A stretch of DNA of 64,000 nucleotides from Akkermansiaceae bacterium (GCA_051251915.1 JBPOGF010000009.1:90842-154841), one strand, 5' to 3'. Counted from the stretch's first letter, positions 10,700 through 20,757 are shown. Translations and numbers: made by a program. Notes: a model not told the origin generated them from the sequence alone.

Positions 10700-11248
10700 C
10701 TACATTTGCCTTTTTCTAAAAAATACAAAACTACCCGCTGAAAGCATAATCAACATTCCCGAAGAAGGCTCAGGCACAGCTTCAGCTCTCAACGTGTAGC
10801 TACCATCAAACTCTTCCGCCCCATTCGGCGAATACTGAAATGATTCATCTCTATAGAATCTAAAAAATGTGTCCTCTATTCCGCTCTTGAGACCTCTGTT
10901 GTTCCAAATATCAAAACCCGTCAAAACACCGTCTGTGAAATATACGCGTGGATAGCCTTCGGATACATCATCCTCATGCGTATAACTATGACCATCTATG
11001 AACTCTACATACACTGATTCTAACCCCTCACCTATGATCAAGAATTCATCTCCCGTGTTACTAAGCCTTGAGGTATCAACCGTTATACTGCCGTAGTAGT
11101 GATCACCCGCTTTATAATCTGCCGTATTAGGAGCCCCCAATAAAACAAGATCTATCTCGAACTTCAGGATTTGAGCAGATGAACTAATTGTGCATAATAC
11201 TGTAGTCAGAATTACAAATAAAGTTTGAATCAGATTAGAATATTTCAT
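10700..11248 (-). CDS. PEP-CTERM sorting domain protein
   Basis: Signal peptide from MKYSNL (ATG 11248). C-terminal AVPEPSSGMLIMLSAGSFVFFRKR. Confidence 0.85.
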   Translation of the reverse strand: MKYSNLIQTLFVILTTVLCTISSSAQILKFEIDLVLLGAPNTADYKAGDHYYGSITVDTSRLSNTGDEFLIIGEGLESVYVEFIDGHSYTHEDDVSEGYPRVYFTDGVLTGFDIWNNRGLKSGIEDTFFRFYRDESFQYSPNGAEEFDGSYTLRAEAVPEPSSGMLIMLSAGSFVFFRKRQM

Positions 11249-11718
11249 TTTTAACGTTGAGGAATGTTTTTTATAAAAAAAGAACCCAGTTGCGGTTACC
11301 TTTCGTATACAAAACATAATAAAATTTTATACTCATTACAACCATATAATTAATGTTTTCTAAATAAAAATAAGAAACCCCTCTAAATCAAACAAAAACA
11401 CTCTCCAAAACAAACACAAACAAAGACACAACTACTTTACTTAGAGCAACTAACACACACTAATTCATTAAAACACACTCCACAGCAAGCCAATCGTTAT
11501 TTATTTAAAAAAATTAACAATTCAACTAGCTTCAGCTCTTTCACTCCCCCAAAACGACCATTCACCTATTAAAATAACCACAGAAAAACTCTAGAAATCA
11601 CCAACAAACCTAGCTCCACACTCCAAACCCAACATCCACCACTCTCCCCCACAGACCGTCTAGAGAATCTCGCAGAAATAGATAAATTCTAAAAAAACAG
11701 CCTTTTCCCCGAAAATGG

Positions 11719-11747
11719 TTGACCCACAGCCATTCTCAGCTTAAGAC
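11719..11747 (+). promoter_or_regulatory. Putative sigma70 promoter of rplAJL
   Basis: TTGACC-17 nt-TAAGAC, about 100 nt upstream of rplA. Confidence 0.5.
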
Positions 11748-11789
11748 CGCAACCCGCTCTGGCAGATTCTGTCAGAAATGCACAACACT

Positions 11790-11827
11790 GCAGGAGAGTC
11801 GCAACCATTATCGACTCGCACGACTGC
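11790..11827 (+). promoter_or_regulatory. Putative L1-binding autoregulatory leader
   Basis: GCAG-GA-GAGTCG-loop-CGACTC-GCACGA-CTGC: two helices separated by the asymmetric internal loop typical of L1 operators, 21 nt before the rplA ATG. Confidence 0.7.
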
Positions 11828-11848
11828 TACAAATAACTAAACAACAAC

Positions 11849-12553
11849 ATGGCAACCAACAGAAAGCGTAGCAAACGCTACCAAAAGGCCGCTGAACTAG
11901 TGGACCGCACTAAGACATACGGCATGGAAGAAGCTGTAGGAACTCTCAAGAAGTTCCCAGCTCCAAAGTTTGACCCTACAGTCACACTTTCATTCAACAT
12001 GGGCATCGACCCTCGTAAATCAGACCAAATGGTTCGTGGCTCAGTGTCACTCCCACACGGAACTGGTAAAGACATCAACGTAATCGTATTCGCTACTGGT
12101 GATGCCGCTAAAGCAGCTGAAGCAGCAGGCGCTAACGAAGTTGGACTCGAGGACCTCATCAAGAAAGTCCAAGGCGGATTCACCGACTTCGACGTAGCCA
12201 TCGCTACTCCAGACGCAATGACTGAAGTTCGTAAGATCGCTCGTGTTCTCGGACCTCGTGGCCTCATGCCTAACCCTAAGACTGGCACAGTTACTGACGA
12301 CGTAGCAGGCGCTATCGAAAAAGTAAAAGCAGGTAGCATCAACTACAAAGTAGACAAAAACGCAACCATCGCAGCAGGTATCGGCAAAGCATCATTCGAC
12401 GAAGCTAAACTCATCGAAAACGCAAAAGCTCTTCTCGACGCAGTCGTTAAAGCCAAGCCAGCATCTGCTAAAGGCAACTACATCCAAGGCGTAACTATCG
12501 CATCATGCATGAACCCAGGCATCAAGCTTGAGTCATCACTCTACGCCCTCTAA
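11849..12553 (+). CDS. rplA: 50S ribosomal protein L1
   Basis: KFDPTV, GIDPRKSDQMVRGSVSLPHGTGK, LGPRGLMPNPKTGTV. Confidence 0.98.
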   Translation: MATNRKRSKRYQKAAELVDRTKTYGMEEAVGTLKKFPAPKFDPTVTLSFNMGIDPRKSDQMVRGSVSLPHGTGKDINVIVFATGDAAKAAEAAGANEVGLEDLIKKVQGGFTDFDVAIATPDAMTEVRKIARVLGPRGLMPNPKTGTVTDDVAGAIEKVKAGSINYKVDKNATIAAGIGKASFDEAKLIENAKALLDAVVKAKPASAKGNYIQGVTIASCMNPGIKLESSLYAL

Positions 12554-12583
12554 TTTCTAACCATTTATTGAAAGGAACATCAC

Positions 12584-13084
12584 ATGAATCCTGATAAGAA
12601 AATCATCATCGACGAATTACTCGAAAGAGTAAACGCATCACCATACGTCCTCGTTATGGACTACACCGGCGTTACTGTACCTCAGTTCTCTGAGCTCCGT
12701 GACAACCTCCGCGAAGGCGGTGCCGAGTGCCACGTAGCGAAGAACACCTACATGAGAGCAGCCCTCTCAGAAGCAGGTCTTCCAGACATCAGCGCTGAGC
12801 TCACAGGCCAGACCGCTTTCGTCACAGGAGACGGCGAAGTTACAGCTGCTGCTAAAGCAGTGAAAGACTTCGTTAAAAAAGCGAAAGACGTCAAACTCAA
12901 AGTAGGCATCCTTGACGGTGAAGTAATCGACGAAGAGAAAATCAACGTCCTCGCTTCACTTCCATCACGCGAAGAACTACTCGCCAAGCTTCTCTCAGTC
13001 ATCAACGAGCCAGGAACATCTATCCTACGCGCTCTCAACGAGAAATTCGGCAACACAGGCTCATCTTCAGACGAAGAAGAGTAA
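12584..13084 (+). CDS. rplJ: 50S ribosomal protein L10
   Basis: DYTGVTV, VAKNT, LASLPSREELLAKL; lies between rplA and rplL. Confidence 0.95.
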   Translation: MNPDKKIIIDELLERVNASPYVLVMDYTGVTVPQFSELRDNLREGGAECHVAKNTYMRAALSEAGLPDISAELTGQTAFVTGDGEVTAAAKAVKDFVKKAKDVKLKVGILDGEVIDEEKINVLASLPSREELLAKLLSVINEPGTSILRALNEKFGNTGSSSDEEE

Positions 13085-13102
13085 CAACAAATCTGATAAG
13101 AT

Positions 13103-13203
13103 GGCTGCTTGAGGTAACTCTTGCAGCCTGATAACAAACATTGGCTCCTCGTCGGATATTCGGCTGAAACTCTGAAATAACCCAGATGCCCTGGGTGCGA
13201 CGA
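13103..13203 (+). ncRNA. Candidate structured cis-regulatory RNA between rplJ and rplL
   Basis: GNRA-capped hairpin GGCTGC-tt-GAG-GTAA-CTC-tt-GCAGCC, and a multibranch element closed by TCGTCG/CGACGA containing ACCCAG-atgcc-CTGGGT. Confidence 0.4.
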
Positions 13204-13240
13204 AACCTAAACACAAAACAAATAGAAAATAATACATATT

Positions 13241-13612
13241 ATGGCTGATCTAGCTAAAATCGCTGAAGAACTCGGCAAACTAACAATCATCGAAGCTGCT
13301 GAGCTCGTGAAGAACCTTGAAGAAGAGTGGGGCGTATCTGCCGCTGCTGCTGTAGCTGTTGCTGGCCCTGCTGGTGGTGGTGAAGCTGAAGAAGAGAAGA
13401 CTGAATTTGACGTCGTTCTCGAAGAAGCTGGTGGAAACAAAATCGCTGTTATTAAAGCAGTGCGTGGAGTTGCATCAGGTCTCGGACTTGCAGACGCTAA
13501 GAAACTCGTTGAAAGCGCTCCTGTTGCAGTTGCTGAAGGCCTTCCTAAAGAAGCCGCAGAAGAAGCTAAGAAAGCTCTCGAAGACGCAGGTGCTAAAGTT
13601 GCACTCAAGTAG
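13241..13612 (+). CDS. rplL: 50S ribosomal protein L7/L12
   Basis: [42 protein letters not shown]. Confidence 0.98.
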   Translation: MADLAKIAEELGKLTIIEAAELVKNLEEEWGVSAAAAVAVAGPAGGGEAEEEKTEFDVVLEEAGGNKIAVIKAVRGVASGLGLADAKKLVESAPVAVAEGLPKEAAEEAKKALEDAGAKVALK

Positions 13613-13650
13613 TAAACACACTTTACTAGCATTTTAAATAATGCACACAG

Positions 13651-13685
13651 AAGAAGCTCTGCCTAACCGCAGAGCTTCTTTTTTT
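13651..13685 (+). terminator. Intrinsic terminator after rplL
   Basis: AAGAAGCTCTGC-ctaacc-GCAGAGCTTCTT followed by a T-tract. Confidence 0.85.
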
Positions 13686-13721
13686 ACGCCCCCATATCAC
13701 AACCAAGAAATACCCATCCAC

Positions 13722-13753
13722 AAAAAAAGCCACCCTATCGAAATAGAGCGGCT
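13722..13753 (-). terminator. Intrinsic terminator of the PEP-CTERM gene
   Basis: Imperfect hairpin with a 7-T tail on the minus strand, 34 nt after the stop. Confidence 0.6.
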
Positions 13754-13786
13754 CTGATAAAAGTTGGTTTGTTACATCAACGAAAA

Positions 13787-14626
13787 TTACTTCCTACGGC
13801 GCATAATAAGCGCAAGCCCACCAAGCCCAAGAAGAGCCGTTGATGATGGCTCAGGAACAGCAATCAATCGAAGCTGGAATGCATTAATCTGTGCTCGTCC
13901 GCTACTGTTGAGGGTAGTTCCCCCATTTGTACTTCCAGCTATGCTAAATGCTTGGGTCCCGCCTGCACCAGCAATGAATGTGCCAAGGATTGAGTGACCT
14001 GAGTTCTCTCCCGAGTAACTATCCAGCGGGTCACGGTTACTGAGTGCTGAAGTAGCTGATGATCCTGCAGTTATACTATCAGCAACACTCTGTGTCCCAT
14101 CACTAAAAACTGTAACCCAGTCTGTGCCGTTCGTGGATCTTCCGCCAGTAGTACGAGAATCATTTGATATGACTTGGATCTCATATGTATACCCAGCCGT
14201 TAAACCATTCAGAGTGATGGTACTTGCATTAAATAAGCCCCCTTGAAGTATAGCAGTGATATCTGTATCCGTGAAGCTACCTGATCCGAATGCAGTCCCA
14301 GTGTCGGCAAAACCCACACTAGTGACTGTTACCCCTCCTTGAGCGTAGCCAGCCGCGTTCAGCGTAGCCGAGTTAGTTGAAGTAAAGAGCACACCATTGA
14401 GTGTATTTGTTGCTGCAGCAGCGGTTTGCCCGTTGAACGCCACAACACCTGAGCCATTAGTACTCACGAATGATTGATCTACCGCAGCGGAGGCTGGAGC
14501 GGCAACAGTGTCATAGAGGTCAACTGAGTTACCCCAAGTGATCAGTGCTGCTGTAGAGGTCATAGGCAAGATCGCAAGAGCAGACACCATTCCTATCGTA
14601 GTTTTATTATTTTTAAAATATTTCAT
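13787..14626 (-). CDS. PEP-CTERM sorting domain protein
   Basis: Signal peptide, Thr/Gly/Ser-rich beta body, C-terminal AVPEPSSTALLGLGGLALIMRRRK. Confidence 0.92.
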   Translation of the reverse strand: MKYFKNNKTTIGMVSALAILPMTSTAALITWGNSVDLYDTVAAPASAAVDQSFVSTNGSGVVAFNGQTAAAATNTLNGVLFTSTNSATLNAAGYAQGGVTVTSVGFADTGTAFGSGSFTDTDITAILQGGLFNASTITLNGLTAGYTYEIQVISNDSRTTGGRSTNGTDWVTVFSDGTQSVADSITAGSSATSALSNRDPLDSYSGENSGHSILGTFIAGAGGTQAFSIAGSTNGGTTLNSSGRAQINAFQLRLIAVPEPSSTALLGLGGLALIMRRRK

Positions 14627-14916
14627 AATTATTTTCGGGTTTGTTCATACAGCAATAACTACCTTTCGTTATTGCATGTCTTACAATCATAAATAATTCA
14701 CGCTATAAATCAAGCCTTAAAGCCGATCAATTTCTCATTTCAACAATGAAAACTACCTCATTATCAATGTGTGATACAGATAAACCCTCACCTCTGAATG
14801 CTACACCTCCCCCTAAAACTATAGGTATGCCTCCTACCTTACTAATCACTGAGAAAATAATTCACCCCCGTGTATTAGTAGTTGCCTCTAAGAACCTTCC
14901 GTCTTACTAAATAACC

Positions 14917-17900
14917 ATGCGCCTTCTGTTTATCGGTTTATTCTACACCCTCTGCCTTCAGCTTTCCTATGGGCAAGCTCTCATCGAGGAGTCAAAAATC
15001 ATTCAAGAAATTTCCTCATTCACTGAGTCCGAGTCGTCCCAAAAAGAAGCCTGGCAACAACTACTCCAACTCCGTAAAGACTTCGACTCATTGGAAAATG
15101 AAATCTCTGAACTAGAAAAATCAAATAAAACTCTCGCCGCCCCAGAAGGAAATCTACAGAAAGCCAGCGATCTATCTCAAATAAGTGAGGAAATAGCCGC
15201 CCCCACACTCGCTCAAATCACCAAACGATTCAATGAAGTCAAACAACTCAAAGAAAACGTCACGGCCCAACAAGAAACCATAGAAAAATCACTAGCAAGT
15301 TCATCAGCCAGGCTAAAACTCATCCCAAACGAGATCACCACAACCCAGACCGACCTCGCCACACTCCAGGCCACCCCAGAGCCAACAACCGAAATCAGCA
15401 AATCCACACGAGCATTACTTATCGCCAAACATGAGAAATCTCTAGAGAAACTCGACCTCGAACAAAGCCAACTAGAAAAATATATCCCCATACTCCAGAG
15501 TAATCTCAAGACACTCACCAAGGACCAAACAAAAATCGACAAGATCTATGCCATCTGGGATGACAAACTAATCGAAGTAAACAAAAACACCGCCGCCAGC
15601 ATCAAGGCGTCCGTCATCACTCTCTCCTTAAAGCTCTCAGATGGCTCCCCCGCCAAGGAACTCGCGGAGCAAACCATCGCACTCTCAGAAAGCCTACTTT
15701 CAGAGGAAAGCATCCAAGCCAAACTTAAAAGCACCAGAAAAGAATTAGCCACCCTCAAGCAATCATTCCAGCTTATCGATGAACAACAGAAATACGCCAG
15801 AGAAAGGATCAACCTCTTAGATAAAGCCGACCTCTCAGTAGACCGTGAAACCGGCACCCTACTCAGAAAGCAACGTAGCGAACTCCCCTCAGAAAAAGCA
15901 CTCAAGTTCAGACTCACAACCGTTTTCCAAGCGTCCACCAAAAACGAACTCGAACTACTCCAAGAACGTGATCACCTCGACGCCATCGTTGAATTTACCT
16001 CAGATGCCTACGAAGAAAACTTCACCAGTGCCCAGAGAGCAGAACTCACAAAAGAAGAATTCACAAGCCTCACTAAATCCTCACTCCAACTCCACAAAAT
16101 AGTCATCAAAGAAAGAAATGAGCTATCCACAGAATACCGTGAACTCATCAGCCTACTAGAAAAAACCTCCAAGAGCTCCAAGACATACTCAGACTACATC
16201 GACTCCAGACTACTCTGGATCGTCAGCCACCCCCCCCTCAGCAAACAAAGCTTTATAGATGAAGCCCAGAGCCTCAATACCCTCTACGGCACCTCCGCCC
16301 TGTCCCGCTTCTTCACCTCGCTAAAATCAGATGCACTCAACTACCCCGTCCTCTGGATCCTCTTCACACTCTCATTCATCATCATCCTCGCCACCCAGCA
16401 GAAATTCTACCAATGGGCAAAAGCAGCCAATAAAGAAGCCGCACGTGGCAGCTGCAACACCTTTCGCCCCACCCTCATTGCTCTCTTCTCTAGCATTGTC
16501 ATCATTCTCCCCATCCCCCTCATACTAGCCTTCATCGGCTGGAGATTACCCTCAGATCAGCCACTCCAAGCTGGCTTACTTCTCGGCAGCACCGTTGCCG
16601 CCATCATCAGCCTCATCCGCAGACTCTCCAAAAAAGGTGGCTTTTTTGAATCAAATGACATGGTCAACACCGGCCACCTCAAACTATGCAGAAAAGCTCT
16701 CTGCCCCCTATACTTCATTCTCCCCATAGTCATCATCACCGCAACCGCGCTCACCAGACTAAATACCGAGATAACTCAAGGACGGCTCTTCAACATGCTC
16801 ATCCTCATCATCATGGCTGCCGCCATGCACTACATCTTACTTCCTAAGAAGCGCTTATTGAACTCCAAGAAAAAGCCTGGCTTCTTAAGCTACCTCGTCT
16901 ACTTCACCTTCGTCATCATCCCCCTTATACTCGTGTTCGCAGCAGCTGTTGGATACTTCATATCCATGCTCACCCTGAAAACCCAGCTCATCTACACACT
17001 CAGGATAACTCTCGGCATACTCTTCATCTCCGCCCTCCTCAGACGCTGGCTACTAGTTACCAGAAGGAGAGCCCTCATGAGCGCACACCAAACCGCTATC
17101 GCTGATCCTGAGTCCCCTCTAACAGAACAAGAAAAGAAACAGGAAATCCAAGAAACAGTTACCAAAATCAGCGAGCAGAGCTCCAAACTCATCCACGTAG
17201 TCGCCACAGTAATCTTAGTATTCAGCCTCATCACCGTCTGGTCTAAAACCTTACCCGCACTCTCAGTCCTAGACAACGTCAACCTCTGGGAAACCTCATC
17301 ATCAGAAACCACGAACAAAGCCGAATCCTCCAACATCAACCCCCTCAGTTCCCTCACCGGTACATCTGAACCCGCAGCCTCAGAGTCCACAACCACTACC
17401 AAACACATCACTCTACAAGACCTGCTCGTCACCATCATAGTCTCATTCCTCACCTATCTAGCAGCAGTAAACATCCCCTCACTTCTCCAGATCACAATCC
17501 TCAACCACCTCAAACTCAAACACGGAACCGCCTTCACCTTCACCACCGCCATCCGCTACGTCATCATCACCATCGGCATCATCTGGGCATTTGGCTCCAT
17601 CGGCGTCACTTGGGATAAAATCCAGTGGCTAGCCGCCGCCATCACCCTCGGGATTGGCTTCGGTCTCCAGGAAATATTCGCCAACTTCGTAGCCGGACTC
17701 ATCCTCCTATTCGAACGCCCCATCAGAATCGGCGACCTCATCACCGTGGGCAACATCAACGGCAAAGTCAGCAAAATCCAAATGCGCGCCACCACCATCC
17801 TCCAATTCAATAACCGTGAACTCATCGTCCCAAACAAAGAATTCATCACCGGCCAACTCGTAAACTGGACTCTCAGCGACAACGTCATCCGTGTAGAAAT

Positions 17901-18243
17901 CGCCGTAGGCATCGCCTACGGCAGCGACACAGTACGCGCTAAGGAAATCCTCCTCGAATGCGCAGAAAACAACAACCGCATCCTACAAACCCCCAAACCA
18001 GACGTCATCTTCAGCGCGTTCGGAGCCAGCTCACTTGACTTCATCCTCCGCGCATTCATCTCATCCGTAGATGACCTAGCACCAGGCCAGAGCGAACTCC
18101 ATTACGCCATCGACAACGCATACAGAGAAGCCGGTATAGAAATCGCATTCCCACAGCAAGACATCCACATCCGCTCCATCGATGCTGCATTCCCTACTGA
18201 AAAGCACAACAACACAACAAAACCCTCATCCACAACCGATTAG
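14917..18243 (+). CDS. Large mechanosensitive channel, MscK/MscM (KefA)-like
   Basis: Signal peptide, long periplasmic coiled coil, many TM helices, and MscS core WLAAAITLGIGFGLQEIFANFVAGLILLFERPIRIGD...NWTLSD...IAFPQQDIH. Confidence 0.92.
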   Translation: MRLLFIGLFYTLCLQLSYGQALIEESKIIQEISSFTESESSQKEAWQQLLQLRKDFDSLENEISELEKSNKTLAAPEGNLQKASDLSQISEEIAAPTLAQITKRFNEVKQLKENVTAQQETIEKSLASSSARLKLIPNEITTTQTDLATLQATPEPTTEISKSTRALLIAKHEKSLEKLDLEQSQLEKYIPILQSNLKTLTKDQTKIDKIYAIWDDKLIEVNKNTAASIKASVITLSLKLSDGSPAKELAEQTIALSESLLSEESIQAKLKSTRKELATLKQSFQLIDEQQKYARERINLLDKADLSVDRETGTLLRKQRSELPSEKALKFRLTTVFQASTKNELELLQERDHLDAIVEFTSDAYEENFTSAQRAELTKEEFTSLTKSSLQLHKIVIKERNELSTEYRELISLLEKTSKSSKTYSDYIDSRLLWIVSHPPLSKQSFIDEAQSLNTLYGTSALSRFFTSLKSDALNYPVLWILFTLSFIIILATQQKFYQWAKAANKEAARGSCNTFRPTLIALFSSIVIILPIPLILAFIGWRLPSDQPLQAGLLLGSTVAAIISLIRRLSKKGGFFESNDMVNTGHLKLCRKALCPLYFILPIVIITATALTRLNTEITQGRLFNMLILIIMAAAMHYILLPKKRLLNSKKKPGFLSYLVYFTFVIIPLILVFAAAVGYFISMLTLKTQLIYTLRITLGILFISALLRRWLLVTRRRALMSAHQTAIADPESPLTEQEKKQEIQETVTKISEQSSKLIHVVATVILVFSLITVWSKTLPALSVLDNVNLWETSSSETTNKAESSNINPLSSLTGTSEPAASESTTTTKHITLQDLLVTIIVSFLTYLAAVNIPSLLQITILNHLKLKHGTAFTFTTAIRYVIITIGIIWAFGSIGVTWDKIQWLAAAITLGIGFGLQEIFANFVAGLILLFERPIRIGDLITVGNINGKVSKIQMRATTILQFNNRELIVPNKEFITGQLVNWTLSDNVIRVEIAVGIAYGSDTVRAKEILLECAENNNRILQTPKPDVIFSAFGASSLDFILRAFISSVDDLAPGQSELHYAIDNAYREAGIEIAFPQQDIHIRSIDAAFPTEKHNNTTKPSSTTD

Positions 18244-18389
18244 GCGAATAATTAAAATCCTAATCCATCACAAATTGACCACCCCAAAAAACTATTTAAG
18301 AAAAAATAGCACTTTTTGTGTCGATCTGACTTCCCCATGTATCTCACACAGTGAATGACCACAACAAGGTGGCATGAAAAAATAAAATT

Positions 18390-19034
18390 ATGAAAAATAT
18401 AAAATTACTATCATTCTCTGTAGCTACAATTGCTCTCACTCTCCCAGCTTTCTCAGCTAACTCTGTCACTGATGGAGCCAGAGCTTTTGCTCAAGGTACC
18501 ACTAACACAGGTAAAAATATCCTTAAAGGAACAGCGGATACAGGTAGAGGTCTTCTCGCCGCTCCTGGACAGATGCTCAAGATGAATGACGGAACCCTTC
18601 CTAACCTCAGCCAAGGTGTTCAGGAATTCGGCCTCAGTGGCAACATTGACTACGCAGACGACATCGCTTACAACCTTAACCTCTCATACGGTTACTTCTT
18701 CAAGGAGAACTGGCAGATCGGTTTCACCACCACCGTTCAAGGTGAAGAGAGTGATGCAAACTTCGGGCTTGGACTTTTCACAGAGTACAACTTCGTGGGA
18801 GAAACTAAGTGGGTTCCTTTCGTAGGATTCTCAGCTAAATGGGCACGTCTCAACTCAGATGCCCTCGATGCAGATTCCATCGCACTTGGTCTTGACCTCG
18901 GTGTGAAGTACTTCCTCAGAGAGAACCTTGCGCTTTCATTCTCAATCGGTGCAGATTACGCATTTGATGACGTATTCCCTGGTGGAGATGACTTTAACAA
19001 GACAATCAAGATCGGAACACGTTTCTACTTCTAA
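18390..19034 (+). CDS. Outer-membrane beta-barrel protein, copy 1 (small OmpA-TM-like barrel)
   Basis: Signal peptide, alternating aromatic/hydrophobic strands (YGYFF, WVPFVG, GVKYF), C-terminal GTRFYF. Confidence 0.85.
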   Translation: MKNIKLLSFSVATIALTLPAFSANSVTDGARAFAQGTTNTGKNILKGTADTGRGLLAAPGQMLKMNDGTLPNLSQGVQEFGLSGNIDYADDIAYNLNLSYGYFFKENWQIGFTTTVQGEESDANFGLGLFTEYNFVGETKWVPFVGFSAKWARLNSDALDADSIALGLDLGVKYFLRENLALSFSIGADYAFDDVFPGGDDFNKTIKIGTRFYF

Positions 19035-19062
19035 GAAATCACTATCTAGAGTATTAATAATC

Positions 19063-19100
19063 AATAGGTAAGCAGAAGACTCTGCTTACCTATTCTTTCT
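19063..19100 (+). terminator. Hairpin/terminator between OMP copy 1 and the ECF sigma gene
   Basis: Perfect 14-bp stem AATAGGTAAGCAGA-agac-TCTGCTTACCTATT with an interrupted T tail; the stem ends 11 nt before the sigma ATG. Confidence 0.7.
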
Positions 19101-19105
19101 CCCCT

Positions 19106-19678
19106 ATGGATTATCAAGCTGCAACAGATGAAGAACTCGCTCAGAGATGTATATCTGAGCTACCAGATACCCATCTAGCCTTTGACCAGATCATTCATAG
19201 ATACACTGAATACGTTTTAAAACTTACCTACAGAGTACTCTGGAATCATTCAGATGCGGATGAAGCCACACAAGAAGTGTTCATTAGGCTCTTCAACAAA
19301 ATCCATCTATTCAAAGGCAAATCTTCATTTAAAACTTGGTTTTATAGATTCACTCTCAACATAGCCATAAGGCTACAGCAAAAAAGATCTAAGTATGAAA
19401 AACGTGTGACAGAATACGTTCATGAAACAGAAATAACCAAAGATTCCACTTCACCCAATACTGTTACTGACACCCTCGCTCAAGTGAGGAAACTCTTAAA
19501 TGAACTACCTAAACCAGATCAAGAAATCATCATGCTTAAATTTTATTCTGAACTATCTTTTGTTGATATTGCAAAAGTTTTAGACATCGGAGAAAGTGCT
19601 ATAAAAATGCGTTATTATCGCGCCATTAAAAGCCTGTCTCAACGCTACTCTCAGAAAAACCCTAACAGCTTAGAATGA
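19106..19678 (+). CDS. ECF sigma-70 factor, SigX-like
   Basis: Region 2 DADEATQEVF...FKGKSSFKTWFY and region 4 ELSFVDIAKVLDIGESAIKMRYYRA. ECF call is secure; likeness to Pseudomonas SigX is from memory. Confidence 0.9.
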   Translation: MDYQAATDEELAQRCISELPDTHLAFDQIIHRYTEYVLKLTYRVLWNHSDADEATQEVFIRLFNKIHLFKGKSSFKTWFYRFTLNIAIRLQQKRSKYEKRVTEYVHETEITKDSTSPNTVTDTLAQVRKLLNELPKPDQEIIMLKFYSELSFVDIAKVLDIGESAIKMRYYRAIKSLSQRYSQKNPNSLE

Positions 19679-19682
19679 AGTT

Positions 19683-19931
19683 ATGGAAAAATTCGAAGAC
19701 CTAGAAAAGATAATTACAGAATCTGCAACAATCCCTCCAGAAACGGAAAACACCCTCAAGAACAACCAACTCAAAGAGGTAATAAAATCTAATGCCAGAC
19801 ACCAATCCACCCAACAACAAATGGGCCAACTTTTTTCGAAAACTCTAGGTAGCCAGTTTACAGAGCTAATACCAGAAACCTTAAAAGCCTTTTTCCCATG
19901 CCTAAATCGAGATAATAAACATGAAAAATAA
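19683..19931 (+). CDS. Small hypothetical protein, CrfX-like (candidate anti-sigma factor)
   Basis: 82 aa, starts 4 nt after the sigma stop and overlaps the next gene. Size and LKEVIKSNARHQ...GQLFS segment recall Pseudomonas CrfX. Confidence 0.6.
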   Translation: MEKFEDLEKIITESATIPPETENTLKNNQLKEVIKSNARHQSTQQQMGQLFSKTLGSQFTELIPETLKAFFPCLNRDNKHEK

Positions 19932-20757
19932 TGATATGAACACAATCGCTGATCTTAATCTTAACGCATTCACCCAATCCTCTTTTTTCCAGAATGTCAT
20001 AAGCTACACACCTAAATTACTAGCCGCCGCTCTCATTCTCCTTATTGGATGGCTTGCTGCCACTATTCTAGCTAAGTTAACAAAGTCTCTATTCCTAAAA
20101 ATAGGAATAGATTCATTTCACAAAAAAAACCAAGCTGAGTTACCAGATGATGAGTTCCTAAATAACCTCACCTTCTCATCAATTTTATCCAAATTCGTCT
20201 ACTGGGGTGTCATGCTCGCCACACTCGTAGCCACAGTAGAAACGCTAGGTCTCTCTAAATTATCAGCCATTTTTGACCAGCTGTTAGACTACCTACCAAG
20301 ATTAGTCTCAGGAATAATCCTACTAGTCATATTTTTCATTATTGCTGGAATATTGAAAAATACATTAAGAAAAAAACTACGTGGCCTTGGCCTAAGTTAT
20401 GCCAACTTCATAGGGAACTCCGTCTACTGGCTACTTATTGTCGTCGGATTCTCAATGTCCTTAAACCACCTCCAAATTGAAACCTCACTAGTAAGCCGAA
20501 TCATACTAGTGATTATGCTATCCCTCTGCCTCACTATCAGCATTGCTCTTGGCTTCAGTATGAAAGAGATCTCAACTAAAATCATCTACAGTCACTACGC
20601 TCGTGACGTTTTCACGATTGGCACTGAAATACAAATTAATGGTGAATCCGTCACCGTAGTTAACGTAAAAGCCACCACTACAATCGTCGAAACCATCGAT
20701 GGCCGCAGAAAATTCATCCCTAACTCCGAGCTGATGAACACAATACTTGAAGAATAA
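19921..20757 (+). CDS. Small mechanosensitive channel protein with conserved TM-helix repeats, CmpX-like
   Basis: Two TM-helix repeats (YTPKLLAAALILLIGW; YLPRLVSGIILL) and a truncated MscS beta domain ending IPNS. Confidence 0.85.
   Translation: MKNNDMNTIADLNLNAFTQSSFFQNVISYTPKLLAAALILLIGWLAATILAKLTKSLFLKIGIDSFHKKNQAELPDDEFLNNLTFSSILSKFVYWGVMLATLVATVETLGLSKLSAIFDQLLDYLPRLVSGIILLVIFFIIAGILKNTLRKKLRGLGLSYANFIGNSVYWLLIVVGFSMSLNHLQIETSLVSRIILVIMLSLCLTISIALGFSMKEISTKIIYSHYARDVFTIGTEIQINGESVTVVNVKATTTIVETIDGRRKFIPNSELMNTILEE

Noticed and set aside
13085..13240. tRNA or other known RNA gene in the rplJ-rplL spacer
   Set aside because: No cloverleaf, T-loop GTTCRA or CCA end; kept only as a candidate cis-element.
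18361..18373. 13-nt match acaacaaggtggc shared by the OMP1 upstream region and the rpoB leader (minus strand near 37359-37371)
   Set aside because: Single short match with no flanking similarity; compatible with chance.
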